From: a virus
Lineage: Duplodnaviria > Caudoviricetes
DNA: 35,901 bases
Reading direction: 5' to 3' (one strand)
IMG/VR virus record: IMGVR_UViG_3300037424_003027
Coordinates: 1-35,901 of that record
Made by a program: the position numbers and the translations under genes. The notes beneath the pieces were generated by a model. The model saw only the letters and a list, made by a program, of their open reading frames with translations. It searched no databases and was not told the DNA's origin. Shown here in pieces: positions 18,233-26,964 of this stretch (position 1 is its first letter; each line of letters begins with the position of its first letter).

Positions 18233-18420
18233 AAACGCCCCTGTACACCTCTCAGCGCCCACATCGCTACCAATGCCGGTCGCAACCGGCACTCTCCCCA
18301 CACAAACCGTTTTAAATCGGTTTTGGATGGGGTTGCATAGCCGGGGGGAGACACGATTTTCACCCCACCCATTGCAACCCACTCAAACCAGTTGTAATCT
18401 GACTCTGTAACACCACTCAT
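18233..18420. other. Central non-coding region, candidate strong-gyrase-site-like element
   Basis: ~190-bp gap before the protease gene, near the genome midpoint; AAAACGCCCCTGTACACCTCTCAGCGCC...CGTTTTAAATCGGTTTT resembles the Mu G-I intergenic region as recalled. Confidence 0.4.
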
Positions 18421-18421
18421 A

Positions 18422-18479
18422 AGAGGCGAGACATTTGTCTCGCCTCTTTTTATTTGTGGGCAGCGTGCAAGCTGCGCAC
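18422..18479 (+). promoter_or_regulatory. Putative late promoter/terminator, copy 2
   Basis: AGAGGCGAGACATTTGTCTCGCCTCT at 18422-18447 (1 difference from copy 1), T-rich tract, CAAGCT at 18468-18473, ATG at 18480. Confidence 0.75.
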
Positions 18480-19643
18480 ATGCCAAATTCAATACGCCAC
18501 AAAGTTTCCGAGTTCAAAGGTTTTGACGACTTCATTGAAGTGTTTCGTGCCGGTGCACAAACATCATCCGATGGCGTTACGCAAAACTTTACGCATAACG
18601 ATCTGGATCAGATCGTATCCAACCACCAGCCTGTACCAATTGTTATCGGGCACCCCAAAGCGGATGCACCTGCGTATGGCTGGAGCCATTCGCTTAAACG
18701 CGATGGCGATGTATTGCTGGCAAAATTCTCCGACGTCGAACCGCAGTTTGAAAAAATGGTGGCGGACAAACGTTTTCCAAACCGCAGTATAAAAATCAAA
18801 AAGACACAAGCTGGCTGGACGCTGGCGCATGTGGGCTGGCTAGGCGCCGCCGCACCTGCTGTTGAAGGTCTTAAGCCGGTGCAATTTGCCACCGACGACA
18901 AATCCATTGAAATCGAATTTGTATCCGACGCGTATGTCACCGGAACGGTGGCCCGCACATTTCGCCGCCTGCGCGATTTTCTTATTGAAAATTTTGGTGC
19001 GGAAAAAGCTGATCGGGTTGTTAGCGATTTTGATTTGGAAATGCTGGGAGAGCTGGCAGTAGAGCAGCGCCTGGAAAATCAACCCACTGTTAATTCATAT
19101 ACGAAACCGAATGGAGATAAGCCTGTGCCAAAAACGTATACCGATGAAGAAATTGCAGCCCTTGAACAGCGTGCGCGTGACGGCGTAACGGCGCAGTTTG
19201 CCGCACAAAACACCGAGCTGACTAACCAGCTAACCGCCGCGCACAACCAGCGCCTCACCACCGAACACCAGGCATTTGTCACGTCGTTAATCGACGCAGG
19301 CAAGCTCACGCCTGCGCAAGCGGCTGGCATGGTGGAATTCATGCTGGCACAACCTGCAGCGGAATTTGAATTTTCAACCGGCGAAGGTGACACAAAAGCT
19401 ACCAGCAAAAAAATCACGCTGGACTGGTTCCGTGAATTTGCATCCCGCCTGCCCAAGCAGGTGGATATGAATGAATCCGATGCTGGCAAACAAACCGACG
19501 ACACCGGTCAGCTGGAATTCCACGCACCAGCTGGTGCAGTGGTCAGCCCCGACCGTCTCGCCCTGCATAACAAGGCGGTGCAATACATGAACCAAAACAA
19601 GTGCGATTACGTTGAAGCTGTAATCGCCTGCGAAAACAACTGA
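18480..19643 (+). CDS. Prohead protease/scaffold (Mu gpI-like)
   Basis: IEVFRAG, PIVIGHP...APAYGW, RSI, HVGWLGAAAPAVEGL motifs; precedes the capsid genes. Confidence 0.88.
   Translation: MPNSIRHKVSEFKGFDDFIEVFRAGAQTSSDGVTQNFTHNDLDQIVSNHQPVPIVIGHPKADAPAYGWSHSLKRDGDVLLAKFSDVEPQFEKMVADKRFPNRSIKIKKTQAGWTLAHVGWLGAAAPAVEGLKPVQFATDDKSIEIEFVSDAYVTGTVARTFRRLRDFLIENFGAEKADRVVSDFDLEMLGELAVEQRLENQPTVNSYTKPNGDKPVPKTYTDEEIAALEQRARDGVTAQFAAQNTELTNQLTAAHNQRLTTEHQAFVTSLIDAGKLTPAQAAGMVEFMLAQPAAEFEFSTGEGDTKATSKKITLDWFREFASRLPKQVDMNESDAGKQTDDTGQLEFHAPAGAVVSPDRLALHNKAVQYMNQNKCDYVEAVIACENN
19125..19643 (+). CDS. Putative nested in-frame scaffolding protein (Mu gpZ analogue)
   Basis: GGAGA at 19113-19117, 7 nt before in-frame GTG at 19125, at the start of the helical C-terminal half. 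Confidence 0.6.
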   Translation: MPKTYTDEEIAALEQRARDGVTAQFAAQNTELTNQLTAAHNQRLTTEHQAFVTSLIDAGKLTPAQAAGMVEFMLAQPAAEFEFSTGEGDTKATSKKITLDWFREFASRLPKQVDMNESDAGKQTDDTGQLEFHAPAGAVVSPDRLALHNKAVQYMNQNKCDYVEAVIACENN

Positions 19644-19653
19644 GGAAACCAAC

Positions 19654-19995
19654 ATGCCCGCAACAAAAATTCCTGTACTCACATTATCTGTAACCGCTGC
19701 CGCCCTGGTGCTGGAACATCGCGCCCTTACCCAGGCTGGCAACTACCCGGCAGCCGGCGCCAAGATTTTTGGCGTGGGCACAGAAGATGCCGAAGCCATT
19801 GGCGCACAGGTGCCGGTGGATGTGATCGGCACCACCATCGGCGAAGCCGGTGCCGCCATTGCGCTGGATGCAGATCTGGAAGTGAACGCTAGCGGCCAGT
19901 TCATTACTCGCGCAGCCGGTGTGTCCGTCGCCAAGGCCATGCAAGCAGCCGGTGCCCTGGGCGACAAGCTCGAAGTGATGTTGCTGCCCAAGTAA
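19654..19995 (+). CDS. Capsid cement/decoration protein (DUF2190-like)
   Basis: 113 aa, Ala/Gly-rich, VDVIGT..EAGAAI; between scaffold and capsid genes. Confidence 0.75.
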   Translation: MPATKIPVLTLSVTAAALVLEHRALTQAGNYPAAGAKIFGVGTEDAEAIGAQVPVDVIGTTIGEAGAAIALDADLEVNASGQFITRAAGVSVAKAMQAAGALGDKLEVMLLPK

Positions 19996-20060
19996 CACAA
20001 CACGCATTTTTAAATTTGATTTAAACGTATCTAAAACGAATTTTGAGGACCTTTTAAGCC

Positions 20061-20990
20061 ATGCCAAATTCAGCCCAAACCCGCGTTATTGATCCCATTC
20101 TGTCCAACATTGCGTTGGGCTTTCGTCACCCGGACCACGTTGGCCAAGACCTGTTTCCCATTGTTCCCGTTTTGCAATCCGGTGGGCAGGTTATTGAGTT
20201 CGACAAATCCGGTTTCCGTTTGTACAACACCGCCCGTGCGCCCGGCGGCAAAGCCAAGCGCATGGTATTTGGCTACCAGGGCCGCCCGTACGCTGTGGAA
20301 AATCACGCGCTCGATGCCGTGGTGTCACGCGAACGTATGCGTGATGCCGGCGCAGTGCCCAAGCTCAATCTGGCCACCATGGCGGTTAATCTGGTGATGA
20401 AGTCCAGCTCGCTGGTGTTGGAAAATCAGCTGGCGACTATTGCGCGCAACGCCGCCAATTACGATGTCAATCATCAACTGACGTTGGCCGGCACCGATCG
20501 CTGGTCTGACTACGTCAACTCCGACCCGTTGGGCGATGTGAGCGCGGGGCGCGAAGCCATACGCTCCAGCATCGGCATGTATCCAAACGTCATGGAAATA
20601 TCCGCCAAAGTGATGGTGGCACTGGATAACCACCCGGCCGTTCTCGACCGCATCAAACACACCCAAACCGGTGTGGTCACCGAAGCCCTGCTGGCATCGC
20701 TGTTTAAAGTGAAGAAGGTGGTGGTGGGTAAAGCCATTGCGTTCAACGACGCTGACGCCGCGATTGATATCTGGGGCAGCGACGTGGTGCTCGCCTATGT
20801 GCCCGAGACGGTCAGCGGTGCCGAAGAACCGAGCTACGGTTACACGTATCAGCTCGAAGGCCACCCACTGATTGAAGAACCCTACTGGGATCGCGAATCA
20901 CGTTCATGGATTTACGGCACCACGCACGAGCGTGTGGGCGTGCTCACCGCTATCACCGCAGGCTTTGTTATTAAAACCGCAGTGGCGTAA
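20061..20990 (+). CDS. Major capsid protein
   Basis: 309 aa; IDPILSNIALGF start, W....SDP..D, PSYGYTY; position in the head operon. Confidence 0.88.
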   Translation: MPNSAQTRVIDPILSNIALGFRHPDHVGQDLFPIVPVLQSGGQVIEFDKSGFRLYNTARAPGGKAKRMVFGYQGRPYAVENHALDAVVSRERMRDAGAVPKLNLATMAVNLVMKSSSLVLENQLATIARNAANYDVNHQLTLAGTDRWSDYVNSDPLGDVSAGREAIRSSIGMYPNVMEISAKVMVALDNHPAVLDRIKHTQTGVVTEALLASLFKVKKVVVGKAIAFNDADAAIDIWGSDVVLAYVPETVSGAEEPSYGYTYQLEGHPLIEEPYWDRESRSWIYGTTHERVGVLTAITAGFVIKTAVA

Positions 20991-21025
20991 TCCACTACAC
21001 CAGACATAGACATAAACAGCAACGC

Positions 21026-21058
21026 AATGCCTGGCAACTATAAACGCCAGGCATTTTT
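21026..21058 (+). terminator. Intrinsic terminator after the capsid gene
   Basis: Stem AATGCCTGGC/GCCAGGCATT, 10-nt loop, short T run. Confidence 0.6.
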
Positions 21059-21079
21059 AAAAAACCATTCGAGGTTGTT

Positions 21080-21466
21080 ATGGCCAAGAAACCCAATGTA
21101 AAAGAAAACGAACTGCAAATCGTTATGTTGTTTGCAAACCGCCCGGTGAAGTACAACGGCGAGCGTCATTGCAACAAACTGTTTGAAGCCGATGCTGACA
21201 CCGCCAACGAACTCATTCGCGACGGCTCGTGCACGCTGCATGTTGAAGCGGCACCACCAGCACCACCAGCACCACCAGCACCACCAGCACCACCCGCACG
21301 TGAGCAAGTGATGGCCGACGCCATTGCGCAACTCAAGCCAGGCAGTAATCAATTCGAGGAAGACGGCAAGCCATCGCTTAAAGCGCTGTCAAAAATTACC
21401 GACTCGGTAGTGACAGCAGATGAGCGCGATGCCGCCTGGGAAAAAATCAAAACCACTAAAGAGTAA
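21080..21466 (+). CDS. Post-capsid protein (Mu gp35-position) with Pro-Ala linker
   Basis: SD GAGG; C-terminal GKP...AL......VTA.ERDAAW. Confidence 0.65.
   Translation: MAKKPNVKENELQIVMLFANRPVKYNGERHCNKLFEADADTANELIRDGSCTLHVEAAPPAPPAPPAPPAPPAREQVMADAIAQLKPGSNQFEEDGKPSLKALSKITDSVVTADERDAAWEKIKTTKE
21251..21295 (+). repeat. 9-bp in-frame tandem repeat (GCACCACCA x4 plus one imperfect unit)
   Basis: Read directly; encodes (APP)5. Confidence 0.95.
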
Positions 21467-21471
21467 TTGCT

Positions 21472-21765
21472 ATGCCGATGATGCTTCTGGTGAAAAATGC
21501 GGATGGTACGTTTTCGGAAAAGCCGGTGCGTGGGTCACTTGATGGGCAGATAGAAATTATGCAGGAACGCATGGCCGAGCAACCGTATGAAGATGCGTCG
21601 TACTGGTATGACTGCTTTGCTCCAATCGGCAGTGAGTTAACTGATCCAGTGTGGGCGATTTGCCGCACACACAAATCAACGTACCGCAAGCAGTGGGCCA
21701 ATCTCGGTACGGCCAACCAGCTTGCAACTGATCTGGCAACTGTCGCTGCACTAATCTTCACGTAA
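21472..21765 (+). CDS. Hypothetical, probably virion-associated protein
   Basis: Tiles the late operon; Y...A..G......W.I.R...WA pattern. Confidence 0.55.
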   Translation: MPMMLLVKNADGTFSEKPVRGSLDGQIEIMQERMAEQPYEDASYWYDCFAPIGSELTDPVWAICRTHKSTYRKQWANLGTANQLATDLATVAALIFT

Positions 21766-21774
21766 CGGAAATAT

Positions 21775-23049
21775 ATGAATTTATCAGATTTCAGAAAATT
21801 GTTATTCAGAGTCGGCGTATATCCTGTGGGTGAATATTCATTCACCGTAGGCAAGCACGGGAATTTTCAAAACCTGAACGACGCATTGAGCTACATTGCT
21901 AATAATTTAACGCCTCTTACTCAAGTAAATGTCGCAGGCGCATTCAGCACTACTCAATATTCGGACATCATCAGCATTGCCGGCGGCAATCTTGTCACTC
22001 AACTCATTAATTCAGCACATCTATTCCGCGTAGATAATGATAATAATGGATCAGTGAATGGTGACACTCATTATTACACCATCAATAAGGTCATTTCAGA
22101 CGAGATTTTGATCCTTGACACAGGCATCGTCGGCGCGGCACAGGCCAGCCTGACCCCGCAAATATATAAGCCGACAAAAATCACGCTGATTCTGGCGGAT
22201 GATGATTATGAAACAGGTAGTTATGTCAATAATGGTGGGTATCAGATACCCGATGGATTTGACATATCCATAGTTGGTAATGGCAATACGCATTTTTATG
22301 GTGATCCGCTGCGCCAGTCGTTTTTCGGCCTACTTAAATTATCTAAAATACACATGCACTCCGGGATACTTGCCGGGGGTAGCACAAATATATTTCCGTA
22401 CCTCAGCGGATCGTTCATCAGACTCCGAGTCGATGAGTGTGTTTCTGAATGTCAACCGGTTTCCATCGGTCTGACTAATCAACGGCAGCCGTTCAACGGA
22501 GTCTCATGTTTGTCGTTCGTCGCTCGTGATCTACATTTTAAGCTGATAGATCATGGTGGGCTGCCGGGCACAGATGGATTGTTTGTCGACGGGCTGTACT
22601 CAGATAATCCGTCATCGTGGGAATGCCTGATTATTAATGGTAAAAGTAACGCGAATATTGGTACCAAGCCAAAGTACCTGAATAATATCAGGGGTAACCG
22701 TTACAGAGATCAATCGTCTGCTTTGTCGTGGCCGTCTAACCTGCGTATCAATTATGGCGTTCAGGCTGGCGCGAAATCTCCAATATTATTAAATATATCG
22801 AATTCAGACTTTTATGATAACAACATAAATCACGCATCATTTTCGGTGATTGATAACGGATCTAATGCTCCAGCATCTGGACAGCCGCATACGTATAATT
22901 TTGCAAATTGCAATGTTGGATTCACAGGGACTCATGGCCCCGATATGACGATTAATGGATCTGTCATCACTGTTAATCAGCGCAACACAAAACGTCAAAA
23001 CGGCGGCGCATTAACAAATGCCGGGACAGCTGCATACGTTATTTCATGA
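21775..23049 (+). CDS. Putative fibre/spike-like beta-rich protein
   Basis: 424 aa, Asn/Gly/Ser/Ile-rich; N-terminal TVGKHGNFQNLNDAL typical of beta-helix caps; AT-richer than its neighbours. Confidence 0.55.
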   Translation: MNLSDFRKLLFRVGVYPVGEYSFTVGKHGNFQNLNDALSYIANNLTPLTQVNVAGAFSTTQYSDIISIAGGNLVTQLINSAHLFRVDNDNNGSVNGDTHYYTINKVISDEILILDTGIVGAAQASLTPQIYKPTKITLILADDDYETGSYVNNGGYQIPDGFDISIVGNGNTHFYGDPLRQSFFGLLKLSKIHMHSGILAGGSTNIFPYLSGSFIRLRVDECVSECQPVSIGLTNQRQPFNGVSCLSFVARDLHFKLIDHGGLPGTDGLFVDGLYSDNPSSWECLIINGKSNANIGTKPKYLNNIRGNRYRDQSSALSWPSNLRINYGVQAGAKSPILLNISNSDFYDNNINHASFSVIDNGSNAPASGQPHTYNFANCNVGFTGTHGPDMTINGSVITVNQRNTKRQNGGALTNAGTAAYVIS

Positions 23050-23059
23050 TGCATTAAAC

Positions 23060-23554
23060 ATGCCCTACACCACACCACTCAACTTGTTGAACAAATTCGG
23101 CGATACCGAAATCGCATTGATTGCGGCATCAGATAAACCCAATGTTACGGCCGTGTTACTTCGCCTCACCGTTACCGCCGGTGATCGCTCTGCCTATTCT
23201 GCGCAGGATATTGCCGATGCCGACCAGGCATTGGTGAAAATTCAAAACGCGATTGCCTCTGCTGAACGCATGGTGGATTCATACATCGCCCCGCGTTACA
23301 CGTTGCCACTGGAACAAACATTCATTGATCAAAGTTCATTGCCGGAATTTTGCAACGACATGGTGCGTTACAAATTAATGGATGACCGAACCACCGACGA
23401 AGTGGATAAGCGTTACACCGAGGCCACGCGCTGGTTGCGTGATGTGTCGCAAAATCGCGCCAGCCTCGGTGCACAAGATACTGCCGTGGCCACACCAGCA
23501 GGCCACATGACAACACGCACCGGCAACAGTGCGCATGCGTGGGATGAATATTAA
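23060..23554 (+). CDS. Head-tail adaptor (Mu gp36, DUF1320)
   Basis: MPY.T...L...FG..E, AI..A...VDSYI..RY.LPL, RY..A..WL motifs. Confidence 0.88.
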   Translation: MPYTTPLNLLNKFGDTEIALIAASDKPNVTAVLLRLTVTAGDRSAYSAQDIADADQALVKIQNAIASAERMVDSYIAPRYTLPLEQTFIDQSSLPEFCNDMVRYKLMDDRTTDEVDKRYTEATRWLRDVSQNRASLGAQDTAVATPAGHMTTRTGNSAHAWDEY

Positions 23555-23994
23555 TGACCGGCGTAAAACTTGAATACCAGATTGATACAAAACGCATTCA
23601 GGCCGCGTTTGATCGGCTTGGAAAGTTTGATACGCACAGCATGTTCGATGAAATCGGCGGGCATCTGGATAACGCCGTGCTGCAACGGTTCGATTCCGGC
23701 ATTGGCCCGGATGGTATTCCCTGGGAACCCAGTGAACGTGCGCAGAACGAAGGCGGCAAAACGCTGGTTGATTATGCCAACTTGCGCGATTCAGTCACGC
23801 ACAACACCTACGCCCTGGGCGTAGAGCACGGCAGCAACATGGTGTACGCCGCCATTCACCAATTTGGCGGTAAGACTGGCCGTAACAAATCAGTGGATAT
23901 GATTGCACGCCCTTTCATTGGCATCAGTGCTGACGATGAAATGGCGATTGATGAAATTGTTGAAGACTTTTTGAAAGAGGCTCTAACGCCGTGA
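23554..23994 (+). CDS. Virion morphogenesis protein (Mu gpG-like)
   Basis: RF....GPDG.PW, GSNMVYAAIHQFGG, ARPFIGIS motifs. Confidence 0.9.
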   Translation: MTGVKLEYQIDTKRIQAAFDRLGKFDTHSMFDEIGGHLDNAVLQRFDSGIGPDGIPWEPSERAQNEGGKTLVDYANLRDSVTHNTYALGVEHGSNMVYAAIHQFGGKTGRNKSVDMIARPFIGISADDEMAIDEIVEDFLKEALTP

Positions 23995-24533
23995 TTAAAA
24001 CCATTGAAGATAATTTAATTGCATTGGTTAACGCCACACTGCCCAACGTGTTGCGCGTGGTGCAGTCTGTACCTGGGCAATTAACGGAACAGGTTTTAAA
24101 AGCGATGTTCGCATCGGCACCCGCTGTGTATGTCGCGTTTCTTGGTGGCCGCAACAAAGACGCGTATTCCTGGACGGCATCGTTTGCCGTGTATGCGGTA
24201 ACCGGCCAGGGCGACCAGGATCAACGCCGTAGTGGTGATGCGCGCGTAATAGGTGCTTACGACATTATGCAGGCGCTCATTCCAACTATTAATAATCACA
24301 CCGTTACCGATGTCGGCACGCTCAGATTCGAGCGCGTGCAAAACCTGTTTAACCTGGCGCTGGATAAGCAAGGCCTCACCGTGTACCCCATGACATTCAA
24401 TATTGATCTGAGTATGGAATACCGCATCAACACCGATACGCTGAATGCATTTGTAACCTACCACGCCGAGCACTCACTGGTGCCGGGCAACAATGAACCC
24501 GCAGCCATTGATAACGTCACCCTGGAGCAATGA
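23991..24533 (+). CDS. Tail terminator (Mu gp37, DUF1834-like)
   Basis: IED.LI, PAVYVAFLGG, IGAY, V.NLF motifs; position before the sheath. Confidence 0.78.
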   Translation: MIKTIEDNLIALVNATLPNVLRVVQSVPGQLTEQVLKAMFASAPAVYVAFLGGRNKDAYSWTASFAVYAVTGQGDQDQRRSGDARVIGAYDIMQALIPTINNHTVTDVGTLRFERVQNLFNLALDKQGLTVYPMTFNIDLSMEYRINTDTLNAFVTYHAEHSLVPGNNEPAAIDNVTLEQ

Positions 24534-24534
24534 C

Positions 24535-24738
24535 ATGAACACATTAAACATTAAACCGGCGAAGGAAAATTTAATTGTTCGCATGCCGGAAAAAAACAAC
24601 CAGCCGTTGCCAGCCACCGGTTGCGAAGTGCCGGACAACAATTACTGGCGCCGCCGTTTACACGATGGCGACGTAGTGCAAATCGAAGCGCCTGCTGTTG
24701 TTAAGGCTGGCAAACCAAACACTCAAGTGGAGAAATAA
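24535..24738 (+). CDS. Mu gp38 / DUF2635 protein
   Basis: IKPA....VR.P...LP..G.EV....YWRRRL.DGDV motif. Confidence 0.88.
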   Translation: MNTLNIKPAKENLIVRMPEKNNQPLPATGCEVPDNNYWRRRLHDGDVVQIEAPAVVKAGKPNTQVEK

Positions 24739-24741
24739 ACC

Positions 24742-26199
24742 ATGCCGATTTCATTCAACAACATCCCATCCAACTTACGCGTACCCGGTGTTTACATCGA
24801 GTTTGATAATTCACTAGCAGGTAACGCCAGTATCAATTACAAAGTGCTGGTGATGGGCCAGCGCCTGGCAGCCGGTACTGTGGCGCAAGGTGTGCCCACA
24901 TTGGTAAACAGTAGCGCTGCAGCGGAAAATTATTTTGGCCGTGGCTCTATGCTGGCCGAAATGATCAAGGCGCTGAAAGCGGCCAACCAGTTTGTGGAAA
25001 CCTGGGCAATTGCGCTGGACGAAAACGGTGCCGGTGTAGCCGCAACCAAAACGATTACCGTAACCGGCACCGCTACCCAAAGCAGCACGCTGGCATTGTA
25101 TGTGGCCGGTAAAAAAGTGCCGGTAGCCATTAACAATACCGATGTGCAAAACACCATTGCCACGGCCATTGTTGCCGCCATTAATGCCGACACCACATTG
25201 CCATACACCGCAGCAGCCGTTGCCAACGTAGTAACGCTCACCTGCAAATGGCGTGGCGAAACTGGTAACGATATCGACGTGCGCCTGAATTATTACGGCG
25301 AACAAATACCCACCGGTGTGGCAGCCGTTATTGCAACGGGTGCAGCTGGCACAACTAATCCGCTGGTTTCAACCGCCATTACCGCCATGGGCAATGAGTG
25401 GTGGAACTGGCTGGTAATGCCGTTTACCGATGCCACCAACATGACGGCGCTGGAAACAGAACTGAATGATCGCTGGGGGCCGCTACGCCAGATCGGCGCC
25501 CGCGCATTTTGTGCGTACCGCAACACGCTGGCCAACAGCAGCACCTTTGGCAATGGCCGCAACAATCCACACGTGAGTTGCATGGCCACCAATGTGTCGC
25601 CTACACCCACGTATGTTTGGGCGAGTGTGAATGCGGTGATCAGTGGCGCAGCATTGTCAATTGATCCGGCGCGCCCGTTGCAAACATTGCTACTGCCAGG
25701 CATTTTGCCTGCCGCCATTGCTGCACGCTGGACAAATCCTGAACGCAACACATTGCTGTATGACGGCATGGCCACGCACGTGGTGAATGCCGATGGCACC
25801 GTGAGCATTGAACGCCAGGTCACCATGTATCAATTAAACGGTGCCGGTATTGCCGATGATTCATACCTCGACATCAACACGCCAGAAACGTTGGAGCGCA
25901 TACGCTTTAAACAGCGCTCCTTGTTTGCACTCAAATATCCACGCCACAAACTCGCTGCCGATAACGCACGCGTGGGCGCAGGCCAGCCGGTGATGCAACC
26001 CAAAATCGCCAAAGTGGAATTGCTGCAACTGTATCGCGGCATGGAAGACGATGGTTGGGTGCAGGATTACGAAGGTTACAAGGCAGCGTTGGTGGTTGAA
26101 ATTGATGCGGGCAATCCCACACGTTTAAACGTGCAGGATTCACCGAAACTCATCAGCCCGTACAGTACGCATGCACAACAGGTTCAGTACCGCCGTTAA
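24742..26199 (+). CDS. Contractile tail sheath (Mu gpL)
   Basis: ISFNNIPSNLRVPGVYIEFDNS start, FGRGSMLAEM, DPARPLQTL, YPRHKLA motifs. Confidence 0.95.
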   Translation: MPISFNNIPSNLRVPGVYIEFDNSLAGNASINYKVLVMGQRLAAGTVAQGVPTLVNSSAAAENYFGRGSMLAEMIKALKAANQFVETWAIALDENGAGVAATKTITVTGTATQSSTLALYVAGKKVPVAINNTDVQNTIATAIVAAINADTTLPYTAAAVANVVTLTCKWRGETGNDIDVRLNYYGEQIPTGVAAVIATGAAGTTNPLVSTAITAMGNEWWNWLVMPFTDATNMTALETELNDRWGPLRQIGARAFCAYRNTLANSSTFGNGRNNPHVSCMATNVSPTPTYVWASVNAVISGAALSIDPARPLQTLLLPGILPAAIAARWTNPERNTLLYDGMATHVVNADGTVSIERQVTMYQLNGAGIADDSYLDINTPETLERIRFKQRSLFALKYPRHKLAADNARVGAGQPVMQPKIAKVELLQLYRGMEDDGWVQDYEGYKAALVVEIDAGNPTRLNVQDSPKLISPYSTHAQQVQYRR

Positions 26200-26221
26200 T
26201 AAATAAATTAAGGGGATAAAC

Positions 26222-26575
26222 ATGGGTCAGTTAACAGGTCGCGTCACCATCCGCATTGATGGTCAGGAAATCAAATCTAAGGACGGCGCCAAACTCGATA
26301 TCGGTGGCGTAAAACGCACCACTGAAAAAGGCGGTGGCCGTATACACGGCTTCACCGAAGAGGACATGCCGCCATCGGTTGAATTTAAAATCGCGCACGA
26401 CAAAAAAATCAGCTTGAAATGGCTGGCCGGTTTAACCAGTGCCACGGTGATGTTCGAAACCGACACCGGCGTGCAATTTACAGTGCGCGATGCCTACACC
26501 ACCGAAACACCCACACTCACTGGCAATGACGTGGATATGAAGATGGAAGGCAAGGAATGTGACGAACTGATTTAA
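26222..26575 (+). CDS. Tail tube protein (Mu gpM)
   Basis: 117 aa directly after the sheath; G...I.IDG, GG..R, FETDTG motifs. Confidence 0.88.
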   Translation: MGQLTGRVTIRIDGQEIKSKDGAKLDIGGVKRTTEKGGGRIHGFTEEDMPPSVEFKIAHDKKISLKWLAGLTSATVMFETDTGVQFTVRDAYTTETPTLTGNDVDMKMEGKECDELI

Positions 26576-26586
26576 GGTGGTGATGT

Positions 26587-26964
26587 ATGGCTGAAGCAAA
26601 GTTTAAATTATCGGTGGGATACAAAGTTGGTAAAGACACTCTGTATGACGTAGTGCTGAGTGATCTAACCACCGGTGACATCATTCAATCGCAACTCGAA
26701 TCTGAAAAGTTAGTAACAACTGAAAAAGGTGCGGAGCTGGTAACCAGCCCAACGCTGGCCGGCGCCAATATGTTGCGCCGCCAGATTGTGAGCATTGGCG
26801 ATGTTAAAGGCCCGTTATCACTGGATGAATTACAACGCCTGCACCTGGATGACTTTGAATTGATTCAATACAAAGCCCAGGAGCTGGACCAGGCGCAGGC
26901 CCGCCGTATGGGACAGGAGAACGCCGCACGGGGGCGAACTGATCAGGGCAGCACTGGCAATTAA
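26587..26964 (+). CDS. Tail assembly chaperone (Mu gp41-like)
   Basis: Between tube and tape measure; LRRQI..IG...GPLS...L..L...D motif. Confidence 0.85.
   Translation: MAEAKFKLSVGYKVGKDTLYDVVLSDLTTGDIIQSQLESEKLVTTEKGAELVTSPTLAGANMLRRQIVSIGDVKGPLSLDELQRLHLDDFELIQYKAQELDQAQARRMGQENAARGRTDQGSTGN

Noticed and set aside
7077-18447. Palindromes as recombination sites for an invertible or excisable early module
   Set aside because: No site-specific recombinase is encoded, and the identical spacing to -10-like hexamers and ATGs fits promoters better; not formally excluded.
19996-20060. AT-rich gap before the capsid gene as a promoter or ncRNA
   Set aside because: No late dyad, convincing hairpin or promoter consensus; most simply an unstructured translation enhancer before SD GAGG.
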